From assembly GCA_020536535.1 (NCBI GenBank), contig JAHLWZ010000924.1, positions 1 through 45,960 on the forward strand: DNA of 45,960 nucleotides. Reading direction: 5' to 3'. Below, in pieces: positions 23,201 through 37,255 of the stretch. The notes below the pieces were generated by a model, which had not been told where the DNA came from, ran no database searches, and saw only the letters and a program-made list of their open reading frames with translations. Within the stretch, counting starts at the first letter, position 1; each line of letters starts with the position of its first letter. This DNA comes from Pelomyxa schiedti (lineage: Eukaryota; Protista; Evosea). The translations under genes and the position numbers were made by a program.

Positions 23201-24802
23201 ACTTAGGTTTCGGTGATGCAGAAGAGGGCTCAGAGCTTAGTTGCAGGTCAACCTTGATTCCTACAGCAGCTCACCAATAGTAAACATTTGGTGCTATACT
23301 TACCACCTTTTATGGAATCCAACAATGTGGTTATTTCGTATACTCGTACTCCTCCATCCCCAGCACCACTCGCCTAGAAAGAGCCTCAAAAATTAACTCA
23401 AATAATCACTGCTGTACATACCACCAAAGTGCCAGTGCTATCACTTGCAACACTCCAGACGTTTTTACCAAGTGGCCCTTGGGGTTTGGTCAGGAAATAC
23501 ACATTTTAGTAACATGGCAGATACCATAGACTGCCCCAAGAAAAGCACCTGTCTGACGATTTATGAACCGCAATGTAGTATCCTGCCAAAAAATGAGACC
23601 AAGAATGGACAATATAGTAAACCTCTCCACAAGATATAATAAAATCTCTTGTTACAGCAACACTCCACACACGTGCTATATGCCCATACACAACGAGTTT
23701 TGGTTCCCACTGTCCACTGTCGAATGTGAAAGGAAAATCAGTTGTGCCCAAAAATTACTCAGAAGTCTGTATCCAGGAACGGCAGCTGCGATCGTCAGAT
23801 ACAGAAATAACCGTTGCTTCGAGGTTACTGGTTGGCTTTGTGTATATCAGAGAATAGATGACTCCCTTGAGTGATGAGTACTTGGTTTCCTTTTTTTTTC
23901 TTTTTTACAAAAGAGTTCCACATACAGAGTGACCAGTAAGGCCAATGGAAGACTCTGGGTGGAAGGGGTTCCACAATAGAATATCACTAAATGCAGTGCC
24001 CGAGGCTACAATAATGTCCCCAGAGTACTCTTGTTCAATTGCCATAGAATACCTTAATTTTAAAACTTCACTTTGGCCAAATACTGCGGAATAAAGTCAT
24101 ACACAAGGCAGTGATGATGACACATTGATCTCATTAAGTGTCGAGGTGGAAATAAACCCATGTCCCAGAAATCAACATAATTATGGGTGAATCCAATGGC
24201 AACCACAAGGGAAGAATCATTTGTAGGGAGGTCTTTAATACTTGTAGGGGTCGTGGGCGATGTCGCAGTTGTGGGAATTCCTGCTCCATGTGACACGATG
24301 TTGGCATTTAGTACCCAGTCACTGAAATGCATTGTGTTGCTGTGTGCCACCCAATGGCAAAAGTTATTATGGGTGGAGCCTGCCTCATGCGGAGAAAATT
24401 GAGGAGAAAGAACGAAGTCATGCAAGTCGGGGCTAATTTTGAGGCTGAGAATTCGAGTGTTCCTTTGGCCAAAAACCAGCAATGTAATAATTGAGTCCTT
24501 CAACCAGGCTAATTGGTGTTGTTGTTTGTCAGCCCGTAAATATATTGCAAAGGAGGGATCTGTGTACCTCTGACACCATGAATTACGTGCGAATTCGGCA
24601 GTATTAGAGATCTAGGCAAAACTTGCGTGCGAGCACAGGCGTCCCATCCACACAAATACGGGCCACTCCCTGCACGAAGTGGGATTGTGGCTGGGGAAAA
24701 AACCTACCAACCTACAAAAAGTAGCTTCAATGTTGGATTCACGTCAAGAAAGCAAAGAGCCGTCACGTAGTCGCCTGTGACACCACACGGCACTACCTCC
24801 AT
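20235..24802 (-). CDS. WDR6: WD40-repeat protein WDR6/Trm734-like (partner of the tRNA 2'-O-methyltransferase Trm7/FTSJ1)
   Basis: N-terminal MEVVPCGVTGDYVTALCFL; KLVVYGHIARVWSVAV; CCGRDGVFRRF; CGSSDARFSV..DFHTSPILSM; C-terminal LAAAGNGVQLF. Many short introns, WD-like segments throughout. Confidence 0.75.
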
Positions 24803-25122
24803 TTCGGTGAAGAGTGATGCACTCGTGTTGATCACAATACGAAATTGTGGGCAAGTTAGTACTTCTACCGCCTGTGAGAGCAGCACCCCAGCTAAAACTG
24901 CTTGCCTCTAGCTAGAGGTTCAGCTGAAACTAAATCTCTTCCCTGCTGGTGGCATCTCAAACACCCATCTTCACCATAAGAATCCTGTAAAATCCTATGA
25001 GCAAACATTATGTGCTTTTTTCTTCCTTTCACTGTGTTCTTGGGGTTACTCTCGGCATAACGTGGTAATCCGCGAGAGCGAACCAGATCATCCCAACTTG
25101 CAACCAAATAGTGGGGACAAAA

Positions 25123-27539
25123 ATGTTTTTGTGGCTAGGCAGGAGGCAGGGCCCTGAGGAAGGCAAGACCAAAACCACAACGACAGACAATGAACCCAAA
25201 AAATCAGATGGAGGTGCAGAGGTTGGCAGAGCCGCGGCGCCAAAAACAGCCACAGCCGCCGACGGAACCAACGAACCCCCGCGTGTGGTTGTCCACTGCT
25301 CAGTGGACCCAAGCCAAGCCGACGAAGACTACGTAATCGTGGAGGACCCGGACGGCGACGGCGACGGCAAGTCCCACGAGCAAAGCCTCGCGACGGCAAC
25401 GACGGCGGCGGCGGACACGTGCTCGAGCCCGCCGTCATCGGCCCCGAGCGGACCTGGAACAAGCACAGTATCCACGGACCTCCGATATTCAGTCGTGCCC
25501 CCCCACTCTCGCATCATCGGGAGCAGCTTGATCCCCGGCGCGCCTGTTTCGTTGCCAAGTTCTGCCACCGTGGCGCCGCAGCTATTTGCGTCCCTTCATT
25601 CCGTGCAATTGAAACCGCTGAGCATGGCGGCGCACGAGCAAAAGCCTTGCGGGTCTGTGGCTACAGAACACACCACCTCCGGAATTCACTCGCCTGCTTT
25701 TACGGCAGCACTTGCCGCTTCGGAACCGCCAAAGCCCACTTGTGGGATCCCGGCGAAACCAGAGTGGCTGGAGGGATTGGAACAGAATCAAATTCAACTC
25801 CTAGAGAAGGAGGGTATTTCAACAGGTGCATCCTTGCTCAGTAATGTTTTCAATCATTTGAGACACCCACCAAATACATAGCGCAGGAGCTTGCACTCTT
25901 ATTGTGTAACAAGCCCAAGTACGATCAACTACTCCACTCAATTCCAAATTTGTCTGTACTCGCTAAACGGGCAGCTGTGATTTTAGCAACTGAGAAAAAG
26001 CGAGACGACTTTTTCTTGCACTTCCGCAAGCAGGTACTAATGTTTCCAAACAACCTCTCTGATGACTACCTCCAGCATGAAAAAGAGGTCATTGCTGAAC
26101 AAATTCTTGAAGTGGAGAAACGGCTTAAAATTGTTGAAGAGAAGAGAAAACGTGCTGAACTCACAGCTTCACAAATTACCTCACAAGGTACACACCCCTC
26201 CCAAGGAACCAAACTTATTCGATTCAGCATTTGTACATAGACCACTGCTAGAGAGTGACCAATCTGTATTACATAGCATTATAAAAAAGGGTACAGATAT
26301 TGACCATCTGACAGCTGCATCACCGCTTACTGTACTTGATGGTATCTCTGAGGACTTGGCCTCCTTTTTAGAGCATCGTGCAATTCCCCCAATAGTAACG
26401 GTCAGTTTTTCTCTGCAGGCTTTCTAGTTACTAAGTGAAACTGAAGATAAAAGATTTTGCTTCTGTAGAAACCCACTCAATTTTTAGTTTCCTGGAACCC
26501 ATTGTTCCAAATTTGTACGACCTCGTTTGTAAAGCTTCAACACTTCTTGGGTACAAAATTCCCTATTTCAAGTTTTTCTAATAGTATCTCAAGGATTCTT
26601 TATCCTGTGGCTCCTGTAATACCGCCAGTTACCGTCAATTGTCCACAGCCTGAAGTCACTCAAATATCTGCTGAAGATACCTCCTCAACCTCTACATCAA
26701 TTTCGCTTTTCGTCCAGCCTCAAGTATCTCAACTAGATTCCTTAATGCAGTCACAATTACCACAACTGCAAACACCTCAGCAAGTAAAACTACCCCCATG
26801 TCTCCTTCTCCATAGTAAGTTATCCATGGCCCAAATTTTGAAACAGCAACTGCACACCCTCCCAAACACAAGCGATACGCCACAACTCACCCTCAAGCCC
26901 GAAATGGCCGTCACGCCAGCGCAAGCAGCACCGCCCCAAATACCCAAAAACCTAAAGCAAGTACAACAGCAAGCGCCAAACCCCACCCAACAACAAACAC
27001 CACAACCACGCACAGAACCCGAACCGCAACATCATCACCAGCCGCAACCTACACCGCAATCCGACCTGCTCCACAACACGGCACCAATAGTGCCAACACC
27101 AACACCAGCACCAGCACCAGCACCAGCACCAGCAGCATCGCCATCATCACTTACAGCACCTCCGCAGCAGACACAACCGCAACCACAGCACACGGTGCAC
27201 GTACCCCCGAAGCCAGCCTCTCCTCCACACCGGTCCGCGGCCGAATCTTCCAACCCAAAAGTACCCACCGCCTCCTCTCGGGCGCCACTGCGACTACCGC
27301 CACAACCTCAAAAACCACAACAACAACAACAACAACAACTGCAACCAGAAAGCCCAATCACTGCACTTGGCATTGACCCATCAGTGTGTGGTGCTCTGTG
27401 GCAGTCTGCCTACATTTCGACCCTGGAGCAACTCTCACAAATGGGCACCACGTACCCAGGCCTTGTGTGTGTGCTGGAAGAGGCTGGCGTGCCGGTCTCT
27501 GCCTTGATCGAAAAGGCTGTAAATGCTATGCACATGTAA
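25123..27539 (+). CDS. Hypothetical protein with low-complexity Pro/Gln/Ala-rich regions and a central coiled coil
   Basis: Consecutive plus-strand ORFs (25111-25881, 25902-26240, 26062-26427, 26502-27539). GC-rich first exon, coiled coil EQILEVEKRLKIVEEKRKRAE, PAPAP and polyQ tracts, helical C-terminus, stop 27539. No family recognised. Confidence 0.65.
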
Positions 27540-27682
27540 TATCTGTTATCTCAAAGTCGGTTTCTGTTTTTGTCAGTTTTGGCATCATCAACCGGCGCAG
27601 GTGCCAAGGAGAAAATGAAAAAAACAAAGGGAAAGAGAAAAAGAAAAATCTCAAATAAACAAAACCGATAGGTGGCAGTGGC

Positions 27683-28896
27683 ATGGCGCTCTCGTTGTCG
27701 TCGTCATCTGGTGCAGAGGAACGAGATTGGCTGTTGGTGTCAATGCACGTCACACTGTCAGTTTTTTATGCCACATTGAGCGCCATTTCTTGTTGGTCAA
27801 TGGTAAAGAGATGCCGGAGGAGGCACGCCACTTCCTCTATGAAAAACAAGTGGCAGGTGCGCATGCTTGGACTGTTCGGCATTTTAACTCATTAAAAAAA
27901 GATATGGTTTCATGTAATCTTCATTCTTGGGTGCTGGAGTAGGTCGCCTTTCCTTAGTGTATTTATTTGTAATGTTGCTCTCAGCCAGATCTATTTACTT
28001 TGCACTTGTTTGTGCAAAAACGGACATAATACCAAAAGCAGTAGATTCTTTTTTGAACTATTTCCCAAGTTACCTCTACTTTTCTTGCTATTTTATTGTG
28101 ATTATATGCTGGTAACATTGTTTTGCCTTATTGTCCCCTAACACAGATGAAGGGCAGAAATATATCACTCCAAACTTTCTTCTAGCTCCCGCCTAACCTT
28201 TAGAGTTCTTCAGATTATTTTAATTGTGTGCTGAATCTTTTTTTTCCCTTTATAATGAAGAAAAAAACCCTGCAGACAGTCAATTGTTGCCTCTATCTAT
28301 TTCTCGTTTCAATTGCTTTTGCGTACATTGGAGAATATTTAAGTGATGGAGTCATCAGTGGGACTCTTAATTTTGTCTTGATTTTGGTCCATTTCTTCCT
28401 GCACAAAACACAGTCTTACACCTACAGGTGACTATATCAGTATATTTCCTTCTAGCCTTTGGGTTCCTATTGTATGGGTGCCTCATCTTGCATAAACTAG
28501 TTTCGCAGCACAACATTGGAGTCAGTCCAACCGCTCGAGCAGTGTTACCTAGGGTTATAGGGCTTACCCTCATGTGCACCTGCTGTTTTGTGACAAGAGC
28601 CATACTTATGGTGTATTGTTTCATTGTCAAGTATACCACTAATCGATTTGTCAGATAGTGACGATAAACATTACTGTATCTGAGAGTTACTGGTGGGCAG
28701 ACATTACCTACTATTTGGGTCTTGAAATTTTACCCCTCATCTTAATGCTTGTTTTGTTGCGGGTCCAGTCAACTCAAAGTTCTTCCATTCTTCACCCAAC
28801 AGCTTTACTAATGCAAATACAGAGCAGAAAAAACCCCCCATAGAAATAGATGACACCCTGAAACAACCATTGATGAATCCTGATAACATTCAGTGA
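27683..28896 (+). CDS. Multi-pass membrane protein, THH1/TOM1/TOM3 (GPR137-like) family
   Basis: About 7 hydrophobic segments across exons; FPSYLYFSCYFIVIICW|AEIYH and YYLGLEILPLILMLVLLR match my recollection of the TOM1/GPR137 consensus. Stop TGA 28894-28896. Confidence 0.75.
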
Positions 28897-29144
28897 ACCT
28901 TTGTGTACCATGTATTTTAGAGTGTTATGTACTATTGGCTATTCGTTTTCTGACATTGCTCACATGTTGTGTTCCAAAACGCGGTCTTAGCGCTTGCCCC
29001 TCGAATCTCAGAATCCCAATTTCGGTTGCACAAGAGCCAAGTGCGGGGTATTTCAAGGAAACAAATCCCCGGACCGGAAAGAAAAAAACCCAGAAAATAA
29101 AGAACAAATAAAAAAACCTACAATACGTAGATCTAAGCAGTACC

Positions 29145-30244
29145 ATGGCCGCGGACTACGACTACCAATTGAAGTTGTTGTTGACGGGAGATGCTGCGGT
29201 GGGCAAGACAAGTTTAATGTTGCGATTCGTGGTGCGTCTCTTTTTACGCTCCTTTTTACGTTGAGAGATCCATTCCCAACCAAAGTAAAAAAAGGATGAC
29301 ACATTTAGTGATAAGCCGGCGTCACCTGCGGGGTACGATTTTGTATGTTTGGGTGTAATTTCGGCTTTAATGACTAAGTTGCCACATTAGCGAAAGAAAA
29401 ATGTACAAATTGAAGGAAAAAGAGTGGCTCTGTTTGGTATGAGACATTTTCGCGCTTTTTGTCTTTAACATTTTCTTTCAGTTGTATGTCCCCTCTCTTT
29501 CCCCTCTCTTCCATCGTATCTTACGCTTTGGCAATAGTGGGACACAAACGGCCAAGAGCGGTACAGCCAGTATCTTTTGTTTCTTTCATTGATCACCTGT
29601 TAGATTCCGCACTGTAACAGCATCCTATTATAGAAATGCCCAGGGTGTACTCTTGTGCTATGATGTAACAAGTAATTCCGGGTCTCCCTCTTCCAGAGTA
29701 ACGGTTTTTTTCCCCGAAGATTTGGAATCATTTCTATCGCTCAAAGAATGGTTACAACAAGTTGATAGATATGCGGGGGCAGAATCTGTCAAACTTGTCC
29801 TGGTTGGGTGCAAAGATGACTTGGGAACACCTCAAGTTTCAGAGGAAATGGAGCAAGTATAGCTTATGGTAAAATTTCCTCCAGTTAACCGCGCTAGGAA
29901 TTTGCCAAAGCTCATTCCATGAGTGCCTTCAGGTGCTCATCAAAGGTTTACCTTCTTATTTTTTGCACTTTGTCGTTCATAGTCATTGCAGGTTGGAACC
30001 AATGTAAAGGAGGTTTTCAATGCACTGGGAGAAGCAGTTTTGTCAGGGTATGTAGTTACATATGTATGATAACTTAAACGCACCCAGACTCATGGATTTC
30101 GAAAAAGACAAGGGTCACAAAAAGACCAAAGACCCAGTATTCTCTCTGGATGGCGACGATGGTGGGAAAAAGGACAAAGGCAAGAAAGCAAAGAAAGGAA
30201 AAACCAAAAAGGACAAATCCTCCAAAGGAGGTTGTCTTGTATAA
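29145..30244 (+). CDS. Divergent Rab1-like small GTPase (includes a 2-nt microexon)
   Basis: MAADYDYQLKLLLTGDAAVGKTSLMLRFV|DDTFSDKPASPAGYDF|RKKNVQIEGKRVALF(V)|WDTNGQER|FRTVTASYYRNAQGVLLCYDVT|...EWLQQVDRYAG..LVLVGCKDDL; basic tail ending GGCLV, stop 30242-30244. Confidence 0.9.
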
Positions 30245-30710
30245 ACAGGTCACACACCTCTAAAAACCTAGGAATGCATAAACACCTATAACACCATAAC
30301 ACCACCCATGTGACACTAATACTGTTTTAAATCACAATTCATGTTTCTATTGAATATCAAAAACAAAAATCAACAAAAGCACTTTTGCACTCTCATAGTT
30401 CGGTATGTGAGAGCTCGCTTGCGATTCTGGCCAGGAAGGGAAACAAGAAAAAAGTATCAGTAGACCATCGTGATTCAAGATCACCCACCATGGTAAATCT
30501 GGTGTTCAGTTATTGTTTCATCAGCCGGGTGTTGTGGTTAAACTCTGGGGTGCTCTCTCGCACAGAGCAGTATCCCTGCCCTTCGGGTGTTCGTTTCGCC
30601 CTTATGGGAGCCCCTGGACGAGAAAATTACTTTAGAAAAAAACCCCAGCGATCTAAGTACTGGATAGAACTAATTAATAATATCGGCCTAAGTCAGGCGC
30701 GGCGTAGGGA

Positions 30711-31410
30711 ATGAGTGCCAGCGACGTTCACAAAAGGACACTGTATGTGGGTGGCCTGGACGAGCACGTGAACGAGGCAATTTTGCACGCTGCATTCTTG
30801 GCCTTTGGTGACATTGTTGATGTCCAGATTCCAATTGACTTGCAAAACAGTGGGTAGTGCGTGTCACTTGTTTGTTGGTTGTTGCTGGTGTTGCTTTTTT
30901 TTTTTTTTTGTTTTGTTTTTTGGCGTTTTGCTTTTTTTGCTTTTTCCTCCTCTTCAAATTTGTGAACGTGATTGTAGATAAGCACAGAGGATTTGGCTTT
31001 GTTACATTCGAACTGGAGGAAGATGCACGAGCAGCTATGGAAAACATGCATCACTCTGAAATTTTTGGACGTGTATTAAAGGTTTTCTCGTCTTTCCTTC
31101 ACGAAAAACTATATGTCGTTATACAATAATGTGTTGTTATGTATGTGGCTTTATTACTCCCGCACAATCAAACCAAAACCAATATCTTCCCCAGGTCAAC
31201 ATTGCCAAGCCACAGGCTGTTACCAATAGGCACAAGGCTGTGTGGGAGGAGGCTGGCTACTTCGAGAAGATAAAAGAAAGGGACATAGAGAAGCAAAAGG
31301 AAAAGGAAGCTGCAGCTGCAGCCGCAGCCGCGGCCTCGGCCTCATCTTCATCAGCACCCTCCACAACACCACCATCATCTGACACTGCCTCAGCTTCCCA
31401 CGATTCATGA
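30711..31410 (+). CDS. RRM protein homologous to the RRM of cyclophilin E (PPIE/Cyp33), lacking the PPIase domain
   Basis: [43 protein letters not shown]|..[34 protein letters not shown]|VNIAKP..KAVW. Two GT-AG introns; not captured whole by the ORF track. Confidence 0.88.
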
Positions 31411-31477
31411 CAAATAGAATTGAGCCGAACAAAGGCTTCTTGTTGAGCCACTTTTTTTTTTTTTTATTTATTTTGAG

Positions 31478-33748
<2,271 letters not shown>

Positions 33749-34079
33749 CCCACGCAATCAAATCAGTCTAAGAACCACTGAAAGAAACCCGTGAGGTTTT
33801 CTTCCAGCTCCCAGTCTATCCAGCCGCCTTTCTCTGCGATATGGTTACAATGCTGATCCCATGTCTACCCTGGTGTGTCACTTGCCCTTGGCACTGGGGA
33901 ATGCCTGTTGGAAGAGAGTCTGTTTGCCCACTTTTGCGTGGGGAAGAGAAAGTAAAGCTGAGATTTGAGGGATGAAGGAGGACATAGCTGCTTTGCACGG
34001 GGCAGCCCCCTTTTTTTATCGCTTTTGTTGCTTTCAATTTCGGAGTTTTCACAAGTGAAGAAACAAGTAAACCTGATTC

Positions 34080-34292
34080 ATGTGCTACGCAGTGAAGTGC
34101 GGCAAGTGCGGCAAAACCACGTGGGCAGGATGCGGAAAGCACGTTGAGTCGGTGATGGCCTCCGTGTGTCTCCAAATGACAAATCGAAACAGACCTAACA
34201 ATCGACTGACACTCGGGCGCTAGGTACCCCCAGAACAACAATGCAAATGTGAGCACCCTGATCCTCAACCTGGTTGGTGCTCCGTCCTTTGA
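34080..34292 (+). CDS. 50-aa Cys/His-rich microprotein (CxxCGKxTWxGCGxH type) with a C-terminal CaaX
   Basis: Exon 1 (34080-34163) MCYAVKCGKCGKTTWAGCGKHVESVMAS; intron gtgtgt..cgctag (34164-34223); exon 2 (34224-34292) VPPEQQCKCEHPDPQPGWCSVL*. Too short for the ORF track. Confidence 0.85.
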
Positions 34293-34395
34293 GCCCAAGA
34301 AAAAAACAAAAGTGTTGTTTTCACTTGTTGTTGGACTCAATAAAATGAAGCCTCAACATGAGGTGGCGCATTTCTTTGTTTCTGTACTCTGTTGT

Positions 34396-37255
34396 TTACA
34401 ATCTATGCTGCAGTTCACTGGTCAGCCAGGATAATCCTTCAAAGAGTCCATCACCTGTAAAGCAACTACAGATTTGACAATACCAAAGTATATGTGATGT
34501 GAGAGCAAGGCGGGAAAGTTGCATGCTTTGAACTAATTTGGGGGCTGGTGTGAAGTGAGGGCGGTCACATTTATTGCCTAACGAGAGATAATTAGCTACA
34601 GTTCCCAACTTATCAACTGGCTTACCAAGAATCAATAGAGGAATTCCACAAATAGATGGCTCCGCCGCTATCTGGAGGGAACCGGAGTTAAATGGAGGAT
34701 ATTGGGGAATTGCACACCCCAAAAAGGGCTTCTTTTGACTCTAGAAATCGTTCAGGGTCAGTGCAGTCAACAACCCAAATAAAGGCATCAGCATTTATAC
34801 AATCTACACAGATTGTAAGAAGAGCGATTTTTTAGTTGGTTTCCTACAGGGTCTCCATAACGGACTTCTCATTCTATTATCTGCTCTCCAGTCAATGGGT
34901 AATTGTGTTGAAGAGAAAATACCTCCACCCACATCCTGGTAGAGTTTAAGAAAGATTTAGAGGCCTAAATTTTTCCATACCCAAACAGTGAAGTTCACAT
35001 TCCTGATGTCTATTATGTCCAAGTCTGTTGTACATCAAAATACAGAACTTCAATTGGCGAGACAGTACTGAAACCGACTGATGGAATAGTGGTACTCATC
35101 TTCTGGAGGCTGATGCAGGATGACAAGGTTGTCTTGCCTGTATGGCATTAACAGCTACAAGGAGGTACAAAATTCTGCCTGCGGCTTCTAAACCACTGAT
35201 GATTATTCTAGTAGGCTTCGAAAACTTGAAGAGGGAAAGTAGGGAAGAGAATGATCTCAAGATCCAATTGAGGAGAGGTGTTGAATCGTCTGTTTTCCTT
35301 GTTCTATTTGCCTCTCTAGAGACTCTATAAGGCCCAAGATTGGAAATTAAGTGCTACCGAGAACAACATGCCTTCTCGGATAGTGTGACTGCATCATCCT
35401 TTTCCAAAGAAAATAGTTTTTTCCAATTGCCTTTGCAGCTGACATCCGAATTAACAAAAACTATCAAGGAAAAAGGAAGATGATACTATGCAGTTAGAGT
35501 AAGATTTGCAAGTTCCAACAAAGATTTCGTTGCTGGATCTCTTTCATATCTATTGAATGCCTCTTTCCACACATCATTGCTGGAGCAAAGAGATTGGAGT
35601 GCACGACAGGTTGCAGTAAACTGGGCAAGTGTTCTGGCATCAAGATAGCCCATTATCTGACTGGGTATTTTGGAAATTTGGGAAGACAGGACGAAGAACG
35701 CACAGGATAAGTTCAAATGGAAGAAGATTGAAGTCTCCTGTATGAAGTGAGTGGTAAAATGGATTTTGCTAATTCACACCAAGAACACCACACTTATTCA
35801 CAGGCAGTATTTTGGGTCTTTGGGAAGCCACAAGACAAGCAGAAGAAGTCCAACCACAAGCAATTTTAAATATTCTCCTCTTATCCAATGCTGGAATAAT
35901 TGTTGGTGTGTTCCTGTTCACAAGGTCGCCAAGGCCTACAATCATTGAGATACCAAATCATATCAACTCTTATCACTGACCAAGTTGACCCTCAGAATTT
36001 GAACCCCAACTGTAAATCGAACCAGATTCTACAACAGCAATAGTGTGTCCTTGTCCGTGAGCCCCTCCGGCAGCAATTTGAATCACACGAGTATCGGCAC
36101 TGAAATTAACCAGAGATGGGGTATTTCTCTGTGTATTGTCACCTGTTCCAAGTTGCCCCGTTTTGTTGTCTCCAAAAGTGTACAATCTCCCTTCCTCAGT
36201 GATCACTGCTGTATGGTTTTCCCCACATGTAACTTTGCAGACTTTCACTTCTGGGGGACAGAAAGACACAAGAACTGGCGTGAGCGATGCCATCTAAGTG
36301 TGTGTCACCCAACCTCAGTGATGAAGGAAATTCAAACCAAATCACCAAGTCCTTGTTGAGAATGACTGGTGCGTCACAAACAAAAGAAAAACACACCGAG
36401 TTGACCAAGACTTCCTGATCCCCAGGTAAATAAATTGCCGGATTTGGAGATCGCTGCACTATGCTTTCCTCCTCCAGAAACTGAAACAATTGCAGATTCA
36501 CCAAACTGGCAGGGTGTAAGTATATCTCTGAAGCAGTAAATAAGAGACAAATTAAGCCATAAAAATAGACCTATCCTCTGTATCATTAACACCCAGTTGG
36601 CCTTCATCATTGGATCCCATTGCATAGGCCCTTCCGGAAAATAAAGCCAATGTATGAAGAGGTCCACATGAACACATATCATACTCTCCATCTATACTAC
36701 TAGTTATTTTTTTGTCAGGATAAGTTGAACAACCCCAAAATGGTGGGCTAACAACTTTTGGACAGATTACTGTAGGTTTTGATGCCGAAATGGCGCCTAA
36801 CTCATTCTGCAAGTTCCAGTATCCCATGAAGCTGGATGAAGCCTCCCAAGTGGTGAGAGCTCCACAACTAATTCTGATAGTTGTAAGAAGCAGTTATACA
36901 GCCCACATTAATCACAGTTTCGATTCTGTGCGTGCAAACGGAAGCCACTGTGGTTGAGTGGTCGAGTGTGTTCCACCCCACACTAATAACTCTCCACTGC
37001 AAACAACGGCCATATGCCTGTAGTGCCATTAATATCGGTGAGAAGGCAAAAACAAAAAAAAAATAGATACATGCCACCACATGCAACATCATCAGGGGTG
37101 AAAGGTAACAAGTAAGGCACAACTTTTGGAACACTTTGTATCCCCTGCATGCAATTAGGAGTAAACATGAATTTCATTTGAATGAAACTGCACAAAAAAG
37201 AAAAACCTCGATGCCTCTTCCCAGTTGACCATTGCTACCACAACCCCATGTCATC
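34396..37255 (-). CDS. RCC1-repeat / F-box / Arf-like GTPase fusion protein (5' end approximate)
   Basis: RCC1 repeats (TWGCGSNGQLG, GSNDEGQLG, SVSGGGKHSAAISKSGNLFTWGSGSLGQLG, VTCGENHTAVITEEGRLYTFGDNKTGQLG). F-box: DFNLLPFELILQIMGYLDARTLAQFTATCRALQSLCSSNDVW. Arf domain: RIIISGLEAAGKTT, IPSVGF, NFTVWDVGG, FIWVVDCTDPERF, LLILGNKCD, TGDGLFEGLSWL. All joined in frame by short introns; stop 34396. Confidence 0.85.

Noticed and set aside
27100-27340. Short tandem repeats (CCAGCA)n and (CAA)n as a CRISPR-like or structural array
   Set aside because: They are coding low-complexity tracts (PAPAPA, polyQ) with no repeat-spacer structure.
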